From positions 2,112,001 to 2,176,000 of the forward strand of contig OY969763.1 in the NCBI GenBank assembly GCA_963702845.1: 64,000 nucleotides of DNA, read 5' to 3'. A program made the position numbers and the translations under genes. Under the pieces are notes generated by a model. The model saw nothing but the letters and a program-made list of their open reading frames with translations, was not told the origin of the DNA and did not search any database. Below are positions 30,601 through 38,722 of this stretch, piece after piece. Source of the stretch: an uncultured Verrucomicrobiae bacterium. GTDB taxonomy: Bacteria > Verrucomicrobiota > Verrucomicrobiia > Limisphaerales > Palsa-1400. How positions within the stretch are numbered: position 1 is the stretch's first letter; each line of letters starts with the position of its first letter.

Positions 30601-33600
30601 TACTAAAGGAGGCAGCTCCATTTCCTGCAGCTGTACCGATATCCTGTGTCGTCGTGCCTTGCAACGGACCGCTGCCGGCGATGAGCGACATCGTGAGATT
30701 TAGATGGGCAGGGAGGCCTACGCTCGAGTTATTACCAAACGTGTCTTGCGCAACCAGCGAAGGCTGGCTGCCGAAGGCAGCGCCCGCCGTTGCAGAACCG
30801 GGCTGGCTCACGATAATCAAATGGTCAGCCGCGGCTGGTGTGACCGTCACCGTGCTCGAGTTCGTCCCGGTAAGTCCAGTGGCGCTGAACGAAATCGTGA
30901 TGTTGTTTGCGACATTGTGAGAAAGATTCGTATAAGTGACCGCGCCACTCGATGCCGTCAATGTCAGTGTCCCTTGCAATGTTCCTGACCCCGAGTTGCG
31001 TGCTGCAGTGATCGTCGTGGCGCTGTCTTCCGAAATCAGGTTTCCAAATTGATCCTGGATTGCGATCACCGGTTGCTGCGCGAACAGCTGGCCTGCGACA
31101 GCAGTGGATGAAGGTTGTGTCTGAATCCCAAGCTGCGCTGCCGCGGCGTGGTTAACGACAAAAACAGAACTCAACCCGCTGCTAAGACCTGATGCTGCTG
31201 CTGAAAGCTGTTTGTCATTGCCGGCCGAATCAATGCGTAGATTGGTGAAAGAAACCAATCCGTTGCCGGCGCCAGTTCCGATGTCTTGCGTGACCGTGCC
31301 TTGCAAAGGTCCTGTTCCCACCGCTAGGATCATCGTCACCGACAAGCTCGATGGCAAGCCTACTGACGAATCGTTACCAAACGCGTCCTTGGATTTAACC
31401 GAAGGCTGGCTGCCGAAAATCGATCCCGCCGTAGCTGATCCGGGCTGCGCAGTAAACATCAGGTGATTCGCCGCCGCAGGACTGACCGCAATTGAAGTAG
31501 ATTCCACCGCACTCAACGAACCGCTCGTAAAAAGAACCGTGATTGCTCCCGCCACATTGTGCGACAGATTCGCAAAGCTCGCGACACCGGCAGAAACCGT
31601 CGCGGTCACCGTTCCTTGCAACGTGCCAGCGCCCGCATTACGCGCCGCCGTGATCACCGTGCTATTGTCGTCGTTCACCAAATTGCCGAACGCGTCCTGA
31701 ATTCGAACGAGCGGCTGCTGCGCAAACGCGACACCGGCGGTAGCCGTCGAGGAAGGTTGTCGCTGGATTGCCAACGCCGCCGCCGCCGCATGATTGACTG
31801 AGAACACGGTGCTCGCTGCGCTCGTTAATCCACTCGCGCTGGCGGTCAGTTGTTTGTCAGTGCCTGCTACATCAATTCGTAAGTTGGTGAAAGTCACCGT
31901 GCCATTTCCTGCAGCAGTGCCGATGTCCTGAGTTGTCGTTCCCAACAACGCGCCAGCCCCGGACGTCAAAGCAACGCTCACATTCAAGGTCGACGACAAG
32001 CCAACTGCAGAGACATTTCCAAACTGATCTTCTGAAACGAGCGAAGGCTGAGTGCCAAACGCCGCACCCGCAGTTGCTGATCCAGGTTGAGTTAAGAACA
32101 CCAAATGATTGGCAGCAGCAGGGGAGACCGTGACGGAACTCGATGTAATTGAAGTCAACGACCCACTGGTAAATGTGATTGTGATGTTACCCGCCACCTG
32201 ATGTGACGTATTTGTATACGTCGCAATACCCGATGAAACCGTCATGTTCAACGTTCCCTGCAATGTTCCGACTCCGGCACTTCGCGCCGCTGTCACAACG
32301 CTCGTGTTGTCATCATTGACCAAATTGCCGTAAGCATCTTCGATTCGAATGATTGGCTGTTGTGCAAAATCCACACCGGCAGTGGCCGTCGACGAAGGCT
32401 GTTGCTGAATCGCCAGCGCCGACGCGGTGGCATGATTCACTGTAAAGATGCTGCTCAGCGCGCTCGCCAAACCCGCCGCGCTTGCCGTCAGTTGCTTATT
32501 GATGCCCCCGACATCAATTCGCAAATCCGTGAACGTCACGGTTCCATTACCAGCTGCAGTCCCGATGTCTTGCGTCGTAGTCCCTTGCAACGGGCCCGTT
32601 CCGGAAGTCAACGCCATCGTAACATTTAAATTAGCCGGCAATCCAACAGCCGAAGTATTTCCAAATTGGTCCTCGGTAATTAGCGAAGGTTGGCCGCCAA
32701 AAACAGAGCCGGCAGTGGCTGATCCGGGCTGGGCCATATACACAAGATGATTCGCAGCCGCCGGACTAACCGCAATCGACGTCGATGTTGCCGAAGTCAA
32801 TGAACCGCTCGTGAACGCAATCGTGATATTACCCGCAACATTATGTGAAAGATCGGTGAAGGTAGCGACGCCTCCGACTGCGGTTGCATTGACCGTCCCT
32901 TGCAAACTGCCAGTGCCAGCAGCGCGTGTGGCCGTCACAACGGTGCTATTGTCGTCGTTCACTAAATTGCCAAAAACATCTTCAATGAGAACGATCGGCT
33001 GTTGCGCCAATGCAACACCAGCAGTTGCCGTGGACGAAGGTTGTTGTTGAATCACCAGCGTCGACGCCGCAGCGTGATTAACCGTGAATACGCTGCTCGA
33101 AGCTCCAGTCAATCCGCTCGCGCTCGCGCTCAATTGTTTATCTGTTCCAGTGACGTCGATGCGCAAATCCGTAAACGTCACCGTTCCGTTTCCAGCAGCT
33201 GTGCCGATGTCCTGCGTGGTCGAGCCCTGCAGCGGTCCTGTGCCAGCGGACAGCGCGATCGTCACGTCCAGGTTCGCCGATAATCCAACCGACGATGCAT
33301 TTCCGAACTGGTCTTCGCTGATCACCGACGGCTGTGTTCCAAACGCAGCGCCAGCCGTAGCCGATCCCGGTTGCGTCACGAACACGAGATGATCCGCAGC
33401 TGCCGGACTAATAGCGATTGAATCCGACGTGGCCGATGTCAGAGCGCCGCTCGTAAACAGAACTGTGATATTTCCAGCGATGTTGTGAGACAAATTCGTG
33501 AAGGCGGCCACACCGCTCGAAACAGGAATGTTCAACGTGCCTTGCAACGGACCGGTCCCCGTAGTGCGCGCCGCAGTAACGACGCTGCTGTTGTCATCGT

Positions 33601-36600
33601 TGATTAAATTACCGAACGCATCCTCAATCCGAACGATCGGCTGTTGCGCGAAATCAACACCGGCCGTGGCCATAGTGGAAGGCTGTTGTTGAATGTTCAA
33701 CGCTGCCGCCGCCGCGTGATTCACCGCAAACGTGCTGCTGGTCGCACTCGTCAAACCACTCACACTTGCCGTGATTTGTTTGTTGCCCGTCGCATCAATG
33801 CGCAAATTGGTAAACGTCACCGTGCCGTTGCCAGCAGCAGTGCCAATATCTTGTGTGGTCGTGCCCTGTAACGTCCCCGTGCCGGACGACAATGCGACAG
33901 CTACATTCAAATTGGAGGGCAATCCAACCGCTGACGAGTTGCCGAATTGATCTTCCGAAATTAACGAGGGTTGGGTTCCAAAAGCCGAACCAGCCGTTGC
34001 CGAACCTGGCTGCACAGTGAACACCAAGTGATCAGCCGCTGCCGGGCTTACAGCAACAGAACTGGACGTGGCAGAACTTAACGAGCCACTTGAGAATGTG
34101 ATGGTGATATTTCCAGCGACGTTGTGCGCCAAGTTCGCAAATGTCGCTACCCCCGACGAGGCCGTGGCAGTCAACGTTCCTTGCAGCGTTCCGGTTCCGG
34201 AATTGCGCACAGCGGTGATGACGGTGCTGCTATCGTCGTCAATTAAATTTCCAAATGCGTCCTCAATCCGAACGATCGGTTGTTGTGCAAAAGCCACACC
34301 AGCCGTCGCTGTGGACGACGGTTGCTGCTGAATCGTCAACGCCGCCGCCGCCGCGTGATTCACCGCAAACGTGCTGCTGGTCGCACTCGTCAAGCCACTC
34401 ACACTTGCCGTGAGTTCCTTGTCAACTCCCGCGACATCAATTCGCAAATCCGTGAACGACACAGTTCCGTTTCCAGCCGTCGTGCCGATATCCTGAGTCA
34501 TCGTCCCTTTCAACGGACCAACCCCCGCCGACAACGTCACCGTCACATCCAGGTTCGCTGCCAAACCAACAGTGGATGCGTTGCCGAATTGATCTTCCGA
34601 AATCAAAGAAGGCTGCGTCCCGAAGATGGACCCCGCCGTTACCGAACCGGGTTGCACAACAAAAACCAAATGATCCGCCGCCGTCGGACTGACCGCAATC
34701 GAACTCGATGTCGCTGAAGAAAGCGATCCACCCGCAAAGCTAATCGTGATGTTCCCAGCAACGTTGTGCGACAAGTTGGTAAACGTCGCCACACCCGCTG
34801 CTGCCGTGATGTTCAATGTTCCTTGAAGCGTTCCCGCGCCCGCATTTCGCGACGACGCCACCACAGTGCTGTTATCGTCATCAACCAAATTTCCAAACGC
34901 ATCCTCGATGCGAATAATCGGCTGCTGCGCAAACTCAACACCTGCCGTGGCCGTTGAAGACGGTTGCTGTTGAACTGCCAGCGCCGAAGCCGCCGCGTGA
35001 TTCACCGTAAAAACAGAACTGGCAGCCCCAGTCAGACCACTCGCAGTCGCGCTGAGTTGTTTATTGTTCCCGGCGACATCGATACGCAAATCAGTGAACG
35101 TGACCGTTCCATTTCCTGCAGCCGTGCCGATATCCTGAGTCGTCGTCCCTTGCAATGGACCCGGACCAGCCGACAACGTCACCGTCACATCCAGATTAGC
35201 GGGCAACCCGACGGTTGATGAATTCCCAAATTGGTCTTGAGAAACGAGCGAAGGTTGAGTGCCAAACGCCGCACCTGCGGTTGCAGAACCGGGTTGTGCC
35301 GTAAACACGAGATGATCCGCCGCCGCAGCACTAACCGCAACCGAACTCGACGTAACAGATGCGAGCGACCCACTTGAAAACGTAATCGTAATGTTCTCCG
35401 CAACGTTGTGGGCCAAATCCGTAAATGTCGCGACGCCGCTCGAAGTGGTAATATTGAGCGTTCCCTGTAGCGTTCCTGTGCCGGCGTTGCGCGCCGCCGT
35501 CACGACTGTGCTACTGTCATCGCTGATCAGATTTCCAAAAGCATCCTCAATACGAACAACCGGCTGCTGCGCAAACGCTGCGCCCGCCGTCGCCGTTGAA
35601 GACGGCTGTTGTTGAATAGTCAGTGTTGAAGCTGCGGCGTGGTTCACCGCGAAGCTGCTGCTCGTCGCACTCGTCAAACCACTCGCGCTCGCGGTGAGTT
35701 GCTTGTTACCCGCGGCATCAATCCGCAAATCGGTAAACGTCACCGTGCCGTTGCCCGCTGCTGTTCCGATGTCTTGCGCGGTCGTGCCCTGTAGCGATCC
35801 GGTTCCAGATGACACCACAACCATTACATTCAAGTTCGCCGACAATCCGACTGCGGACGCATTACCGAACTGATCTTGCGCAATCAACGAAGGTTGTACG
35901 CCGAATGCAGCGCCCGCTGTTGCAGACGCCGGTTGCGTTGTGAATACAAGGTGATCTGCCGCTGCGGGACTAATCGTGATGGACGAGGACGTCGTGGAAG
36001 TAAGCCCACCACTCGAAAATGAAATTGTGATGTTTCCCGCCACGTTGTGCGCCAAATCGGTAAACGTCGCTATGCCCCCGGAAACCGTCGCGGTCAACGT
36101 TCCCTGCAATGTCCCCGTACCGGCATTACGCGCAGCCGTCACGACGGTGCTATTGTCATCATCAACCAGATTACCAAAAGCGTCTTCAATCCGCACGATT
36201 GGCTGTTGCGAAAACGCCACACCCGCCGTCGCGCTCGACGACGGCTGTTGTTGAATCGCCAGCGCCGACGCCGACGCATGATTAACTGTAAACGCGCTGC
36301 TCGTGGCGCCCGTTAAACCGCTCGCGCTTGCTGTCAGTTGTTTGCTGCCCGCAGTATCAATGCGGAGGTTCGTAAACGTGACCATTCCGTTTCCGGCCGC
36401 AGTCCCGATATCCTGCGTTGTCGTTCCCTGAAATGATCCCGTGCCGGACGATAAGGCAATCGTAACATCCAGATTCCCAGGCAAGCCAACGGTGGAAGCG
36501 TTTCCAAATTGATCTTCAGTAACCAGCGACGGTTGGATTCCGAAAGCAGAGCCCGCCGTTGCTGAACCAGGTTGTGCCGAAAACACGAGATGATCCGCCG

Positions 36601-37762
36601 CCGCAGGACTAACCGCAACCGAACTCGAAGTCGCAGACGCGAGCGAACCACTCGAAAACGTAATCGTAATATTGCCCGCCACATTGTGCGCCAAATCCGC
36701 GAACGTAGCTACACCGCCGGAAACTGTCGCGGTCAAAGTTCCCTGCAATGTTCCCGAACCGGCGTTACGCACCGCCGTGATGACAGTGCTATTGTCGTCA
36801 TCCACAAGATTCCCGAAACCGTCTACGATGCGCACGATCGGTTGTTGCGAAAACGTCATACCCGCCGTCGCACTCGATGAAGGCTGCTGTTGAATTACCA
36901 GCGCCGATGCCGTTGCATGATTCACCGAAAACACAGAGCTAGTTGCGCTCGTCAAACCCGAAGCCGCCGCTATCAGTTGCTTATCCATCCCGGCGACATC
37001 AATCTGCAGATCTGTAAACGTCACCATCCCATTTCCTGCCGCCGTGCCGATATCCAAGGTCGATGTCCCTTGCAGACTCCCAGTGCCAGCCGAAAGAGTA
37101 ACCGTTACATCCAGGTTTGCTCCCAAACCACTCGTCGACGCATTGCCAAATTGGTCCTGAGTAACGACAACTGGCTGAGTCCCGAACGCCGCACCCGCCG
37201 TAGCAGACCCCGGCTGCGTCGTGAAAGCTAACGTCGCGACTGTTCCCGCCACTTCCGTCAAAGCCCCGTAATTTTCCGCAGGCGTCGAATCCAACGTAAA
37301 CGTGGCAGTCCCGGATTCCGAAACAGTCCCTGTTGCCAGCGGCGACCCCGCAGTCGGCCGCACCCCAATCCCGCTGCAGGTCAAAACCGACATCTCAGTG
37401 GCATCGCTCGGCGCCGAAACTTCAATGGTAATATTGGTCGAAGTAACGACCGCCGTTCCCGACGTCAGCACAACATCATCGCCACTACCGCTGCCAGTTA
37501 CCGTAACCGTCACAGTCGAGCTGGTATCAAATTCAAAACCAGCCGGGCAGTTCAGCACAATCGTGCCTGAACCGATGTCGCCGGTCGCGCCCTCAGTCAG
37601 CACAGGGCCGGTCAGGCTCGTAAATGTGGCTCCCGTGGAATCAGCCGAGATAGAATTGCCGCCGATAGCAGGGGTTAAGGTGACAGCCGCATGTGTTGCC
37701 ATTGCCAAAAGGCAAATGCATGCGACAGAACCCTGCAGAGACAGGCTCTTGAAGAATTTCAT
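24680..37762 (-). CDS. Giant secreted adhesin/surface protein (4360 aa): about 29 Ig-like repeats, FG-GAP propeller, tandem-95/cadherin-like domains, C-terminal beta-rich domain
   Basis: Signal peptide; repeated QP...TAG..F..QP....D.FGN modules; DLNGDG.EDL-type Ca-binding motifs; HGTLTGTPP..YTP..NYFGADSF and VNDPP; single uninterrupted ORF. Confidence 0.9.
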   Translation of the reverse strand: MKFFKSLSLQGSVACICLLAMATHAAVTLTPAIGGNSISADSTGATFTSLTGPVLTEGATGDIGSGTIVLNCPAGFEFDTSSTVTVTVTGSGSGDDVVLTSGTAVVTSTNITIEVSAPSDATEMSVLTCSGIGVRPTAGSPLATGTVSESGTATFTLDSTPAENYGALTEVAGTVATLAFTTQPGSATAGAAFGTQPVVVTQDQFGNASTSGLGANLDVTVTLSAGTGSLQGTSTLDIGTAAGNGMVTFTDLQIDVAGMDKQLIAAASGLTSATSSVFSVNHATASALVIQQQPSSSATAGMTFSQQPIVRIVDGFGNLVDDDNSTVITAVRNAGSGTLQGTLTATVSGGVATFADLAHNVAGNITITFSSGSLASATSSSVAVSPAAADHLVFSAQPGSATAGSAFGIQPSLVTEDQFGNASTVGLPGNLDVTIALSSGTGSFQGTTTQDIGTAAGNGMVTFTNLRIDTAGSKQLTASASGLTGATSSAFTVNHASASALAIQQQPSSSATAGVAFSQQPIVRIEDAFGNLVDDDNSTVVTAARNAGTGTLQGTLTATVSGGIATFTDLAHNVAGNITISFSSGGLTSTTSSSITISPAAADHLVFTTQPASATAGAAFGVQPSLIAQDQFGNASAVGLSANLNVMVVVSSGTGSLQGTTAQDIGTAAGNGTVTFTDLRIDAAGNKQLTASASGLTSATSSSFAVNHAAASTLTIQQQPSSTATAGAAFAQQPVVRIEDAFGNLISDDSSTVVTAARNAGTGTLQGTLNITTSSGVATFTDLAHNVAENITITFSSGSLASVTSSSVAVSAAAADHLVFTAQPGSATAGAAFGTQPSLVSQDQFGNSSTVGLPANLDVTVTLSAGPGPLQGTTTQDIGTAAGNGTVTFTDLRIDVAGNNKQLSATASGLTGAASSVFTVNHAAASALAVQQQPSSTATAGVEFAQQPIIRIEDAFGNLVDDDNSTVVASSRNAGAGTLQGTLNITAAAGVATFTNLSHNVAGNITISFAGGSLSSATSSSIAVSPTAADHLVFVVQPGSVTAGSIFGTQPSLISEDQFGNASTVGLAANLDVTVTLSAGVGPLKGTMTQDIGTTAGNGTVSFTDLRIDVAGVDKELTASVSGLTSATSSTFAVNHAAAAALTIQQQPSSTATAGVAFAQQPIVRIEDAFGNLIDDDSSTVITAVRNSGTGTLQGTLTATASSGVATFANLAHNVAGNITITFSSGSLSSATSSSVAVSPAAADHLVFTVQPGSATAGSAFGTQPSLISEDQFGNSSAVGLPSNLNVAVALSSGTGTLQGTTTQDIGTAAGNGTVTFTNLRIDATGNKQITASVSGLTSATSSTFAVNHAAAAALNIQQQPSTMATAGVDFAQQPIVRIEDAFGNLINDDNSSVVTAARTTGTGPLQGTLNIPVSSGVAAFTNLSHNIAGNITVLFTSGALTSATSDSIAISPAAADHLVFVTQPGSATAGAAFGTQPSVISEDQFGNASSVGLSANLDVTIALSAGTGPLQGSTTQDIGTAAGNGTVTFTDLRIDVTGTDKQLSASASGLTGASSSVFTVNHAAASTLVIQQQPSSTATAGVALAQQPIVLIEDVFGNLVNDDNSTVVTATRAAGTGSLQGTVNATAVGGVATFTDLSHNVAGNITIAFTSGSLTSATSTSIAVSPAAANHLVYMAQPGSATAGSVFGGQPSLITEDQFGNTSAVGLPANLNVTMALTSGTGPLQGTTTQDIGTAAGNGTVTFTDLRIDVGGINKQLTASAAGLASALSSIFTVNHATASALAIQQQPSSTATAGVDFAQQPIIRIEDAYGNLVNDDNTSVVTAARSAGVGTLQGTLNMTVSSGIATYTNTSHQVAGNITITFTSGSLTSITSSSVTVSPAAANHLVFLTQPGSATAGAAFGTQPSLVSEDQFGNVSAVGLSSTLNVSVALTSGAGALLGTTTQDIGTAAGNGTVTFTNLRIDVAGTDKQLTASASGLTSAASTVFSVNHAAAAALAIQRQPSSTATAGVAFAQQPLVRIQDAFGNLVNDDNSTVITAARNAGAGTLQGTVTATVSAGVASFANLSHNVAGAITVLFTSGSLSAVESTSIAVSPAAANHLMFTAQPGSATAGSIFGSQPSVKSKDAFGNDSSVGLPSSLSVTMILAVGTGPLQGTVTQDIGTGAGNGLVSFTNLRIDSAGNDKQLSAAASGLSSGLSSVFVVNHAAAAQLGIQTQPSSTAVAGQLFAQQPVIAIQDQFGNLISEDSATTITAARNSGSGTLQGTLTLTASSGAVTYTNLSHNVANNITISFSATGLTGTNSSTVTVTPAAADHLIIVSQPGSATAGAAFGSQPSLVAQDTFGNNSSVGLPAHLNLTMSLIAGSGPLQGTTTQDIGTAAGNGAASFSNLRIDVAGNNKQLSASAGGLTGVSSSVFTVAHAAASTLTIQQQPSSSATAGVAFAQQPIVRIEDGFGNLITEDNSTVITATRNAGSGTLQGTLNVTVVGGVATYAGLSHNVANTITITFSSGGLGSATSTSINVSPTSASKLVILTQPGATAIAGQTFSPQPIVAIEDSFNNIVTSDNSSLVVVTRTFSGALQGTLSATAASGVATFANLSETEATTMTLDFTSGSLTGARSSSITINPAAADHLAIAIQPSSVATAGTAFVTQPVIQIQDQYNNVLTSDNSSVVTAVRSSGAGTLQGTASVTASGGVATFANLFHTVAGNITILFSSGSLSTAISSSVQINPANANHLAFTIQPGSATAGSVFGAQPVVRSYDAYGNASTSGLGASLPISLTLQSGTGPLQGTTTLDIGTANGNGSVSFTNLRIDAAGTGKQLQASASGLTSVSSSTFPVAHASAAQLVIQTQPSTNATAGDILTNQPVIQIADNYGNTITEDNSTAVTASLHGGGTGIEGTLTITAASGIVTFTNIYFDFAANVQLDFNGGSFPAVTSDTIHVGPAAGSRLLIDTQPAATAIAGQVFSSQPILSVRDAFGNISTGDNVTQVTVTRTAGGTLVGTTTITAVNGVFTFTDIAETVAGSMTLTFSSVGLTSVTSTSIQVAPGPLAELLVHLQPSSPITAGQLFPQQPVVWLMDAYGNLETTDNTTQVTASRINGVGTLRGTTTMTAVGGIVTYTNLTHFNATVLNLQFTASSVNAVSDPVTVIAGPATHLSFTQLPASELAGHIFGTQPIVQTTDAFGNIASGIPSTLPVTISIATGTGYLFGTATIDAGSTAGNGVATFTNLQINAFGDKQLAASAPGFTNAISDTLTMTGTVQPFAAYGVGDSIGGTPDSIWVGNFRAASTARDVVVGNYSDNTITIRLSHDDGTFGATTTYSVAGHPVAVRSADLNGDGYEDLVIAYADTNMVTVMMSTGAHGTNFATGVNYITSASPNSGISAIFLTDLNGDGHQDLIVANSVDNTVSVLLGTSAFGFTSPTTYNVGTKPMWIHVADMNGDNRQDIITANYTSGTVTILPGQVGGTFGSAQTITLFPGGNPKPIRVVTPDVNRDGRLDIAVVNYGSNTLSILLQQSNGTYTMSTNYNVGTHPIDFFLRDLDGNGISDLAVLNSGSGTVDLFFNNGTGSYLTGGTIAVGPGPISMFGGKFSSAFNLNALIVADNVASNISVLSYTGPVAESQTVTMSEDHVTSIVLGAHNAFFPQIFNFTITQSPAHGTLTGTPPSMIYTPATNYFGADSFAFIADGAGVTSAVATVTIAVQGVNDPPTFTMATNRIVLIQGAPAFTFAHLITSSSVGPTNETAQTNSFVITNLNPGAFSTQPKISAAGTLTFKLSPDFKGTNDLVVYAKDSATTARGGVNLSAGQILSIVVLRVDKAPVVKTIPTVTMLEDSTTNITITVTDADDAPENISVTAISLSESIIPTANIGITGPVGTNFFISLTPAPDANGAASIQLLVSDGQDTTIATVHVNITAIDDPPSFNIPAPDISALEDSSTITVSNFCTSISAGPANEVAQTLTFVIGSTNKAAFTTQPAIDKNGTLKFRPALAYVGTNYFTICLKDSGTTANAGVNVSGTNAFSIAITTNNFRHITGTYNGLFYEDAGVSHSSSGFFTFTLGYSRTFSGSMKTGGGTYPMSGLFDTNGDAHITVKRTGKVSLTADLEVDLLGDSDEVNGDVTDGTWDATLLGDRTPTTAPIGTVGKFNVAFIGNGDGVANMGGDAIGVVTVTAANRLSLSGSLPDRTILSQTMALSKNGQWPLYVPLYSGAGSMIGWVTVTNDTQPLQVQPDGISLIKTNNNKTYYPAGFTNTFSIESGVSVPFQFGVPVISTNGTVTCSNGNLFGDEVGVYAMSTNNIFFADTSVDKFKLTFDKSAGYLNGSFLNPGSATVTPIKAILIPSLNEVRGYFYTPSQSGAFLLQGN
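27980..37240 (-). repeat. Intragenic tandem repeat: 11 strict A/B module pairs (about 640 nt each) plus 7 more divergent modules
   Basis: A type HLVF..QPGSATAG...QDIGTAAGNG alternates with B type IQQQPSS.ATAG...HNVAGNITI; counted by hand from the translation. Confidence 0.85.
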
Positions 37763-37848
37763 GAGTAGATTCGTGAAGCGTAACTATCTCAAAATGCGGG
37801 TTTCCCGTAAAGCGCGAATACGGGGGAAACTGGCCAGCAATTAAGGGC

Positions 37849-38481
37849 TTAGTGCTGGACGAAATAACTCAAATTTTCCAACTCGATCGCCAGATTCACG
37901 TTGTTGACGACGACATCTTCCGGGACTGTCAAAACAATCGGCGAGAAATTCAAAATCCCGGTAATCCCAAGTGCCACCAACCGGTTCGCAACCTCCTGCG
38001 CCGCCGCCGCCGGCACTGTCAGGATTGCCATTTTTACCTGGCGCGCCTGCACAACATTTTCCAGTTGCGACAGTTCATAAATCGGCGTTGCAATCGTCTT
38101 GTCTCTGCGCCGCTTTGTGTCCACATCAAAGGCGCCCACAATTTCAAAGCCTTCCGCCGCAAATCCTTTATACGACAAAAGCGCCAAACCCAGGTTACCA
38201 ACGCCGATCAACACCACCGGCTGAAGACTATTCGTCCCGAGCAGGTCGGAAATCATGTGAGCCAATTGATCGACCTCATAGCCGAGGCCACGGGTGCCGA
38301 ATTGGCCGAAGTAAGTGAGATCTTTGCGAAGCTGTGTCGACTTAACACCCGCCGCTTTCGCCAGCGCTTCACTCGACACCGTGCGAATGCTGTTATTCTT
38401 GAGCCGCAACAAACACCGAAGATAGAGCGACAGCCGATAGATGGCTTTGCGCGGAATTTCGGGACGGATATTCTTTTTCAA
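37849..38481 (-). CDS. rex: Redox-sensing transcriptional repressor Rex
   Basis: RLSLYLR, SSEALA, QLRKDLTYFGQFGTRGLGYEV, GVGNLGLAL, GILNFSP. Confidence 0.96.
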   Translation of the reverse strand: MKKNIRPEIPRKAIYRLSLYLRCLLRLKNNSIRTVSSEALAKAAGVKSTQLRKDLTYFGQFGTRGLGYEVDQLAHMISDLLGTNSLQPVVLIGVGNLGLALLSYKGFAAEGFEIVGAFDVDTKRRRDKTIATPIYELSQLENVVQARQVKMAILTVPAAAAQEVANRLVALGITGILNFSPIVLTVPEDVVVNNVNLAIELENLSYFVQH

Positions 38482-38483
38482 CC

Positions 38484-38510
38484 AGTCGCAGGGTAGAAAA
38501 CCCTGCGACT
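38484..38510. promoter_or_regulatory. 11-bp hairpin directly upstream of the rex start
   Basis: AGTCGCAGGGT-AGAAA-ACCCTGCGACT. Confidence 0.5.
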
Positions 38511-38722
38511 CGAATCAAGGCGGCGTATTGACTAACGCCATTCACCATTATGCCATTGGTGGTGGTCGCCACACACCCCGTAATACGGTACGCGCCCTTA
38601 GCGTAACCACTATTCGGAAAAACCTGAGATTCCAGGTTCGGCGTTCCGGCACAGGCGTCCGCGCATCGATGCTTTTCTGATTTTGCTCCGCCCCGTTTAC
38701 CCTTAAGTTCCATCTGACTTGT

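Noticed and set aside
9342..37844. Long antisense ORFs over the nuclease and giant genes (e.g. 9966..11351, 29889..30437)
   Set aside because: Shadow frames of Thr/Ala/Gly/Ser-rich repetitive coding sequence with no independent motifs
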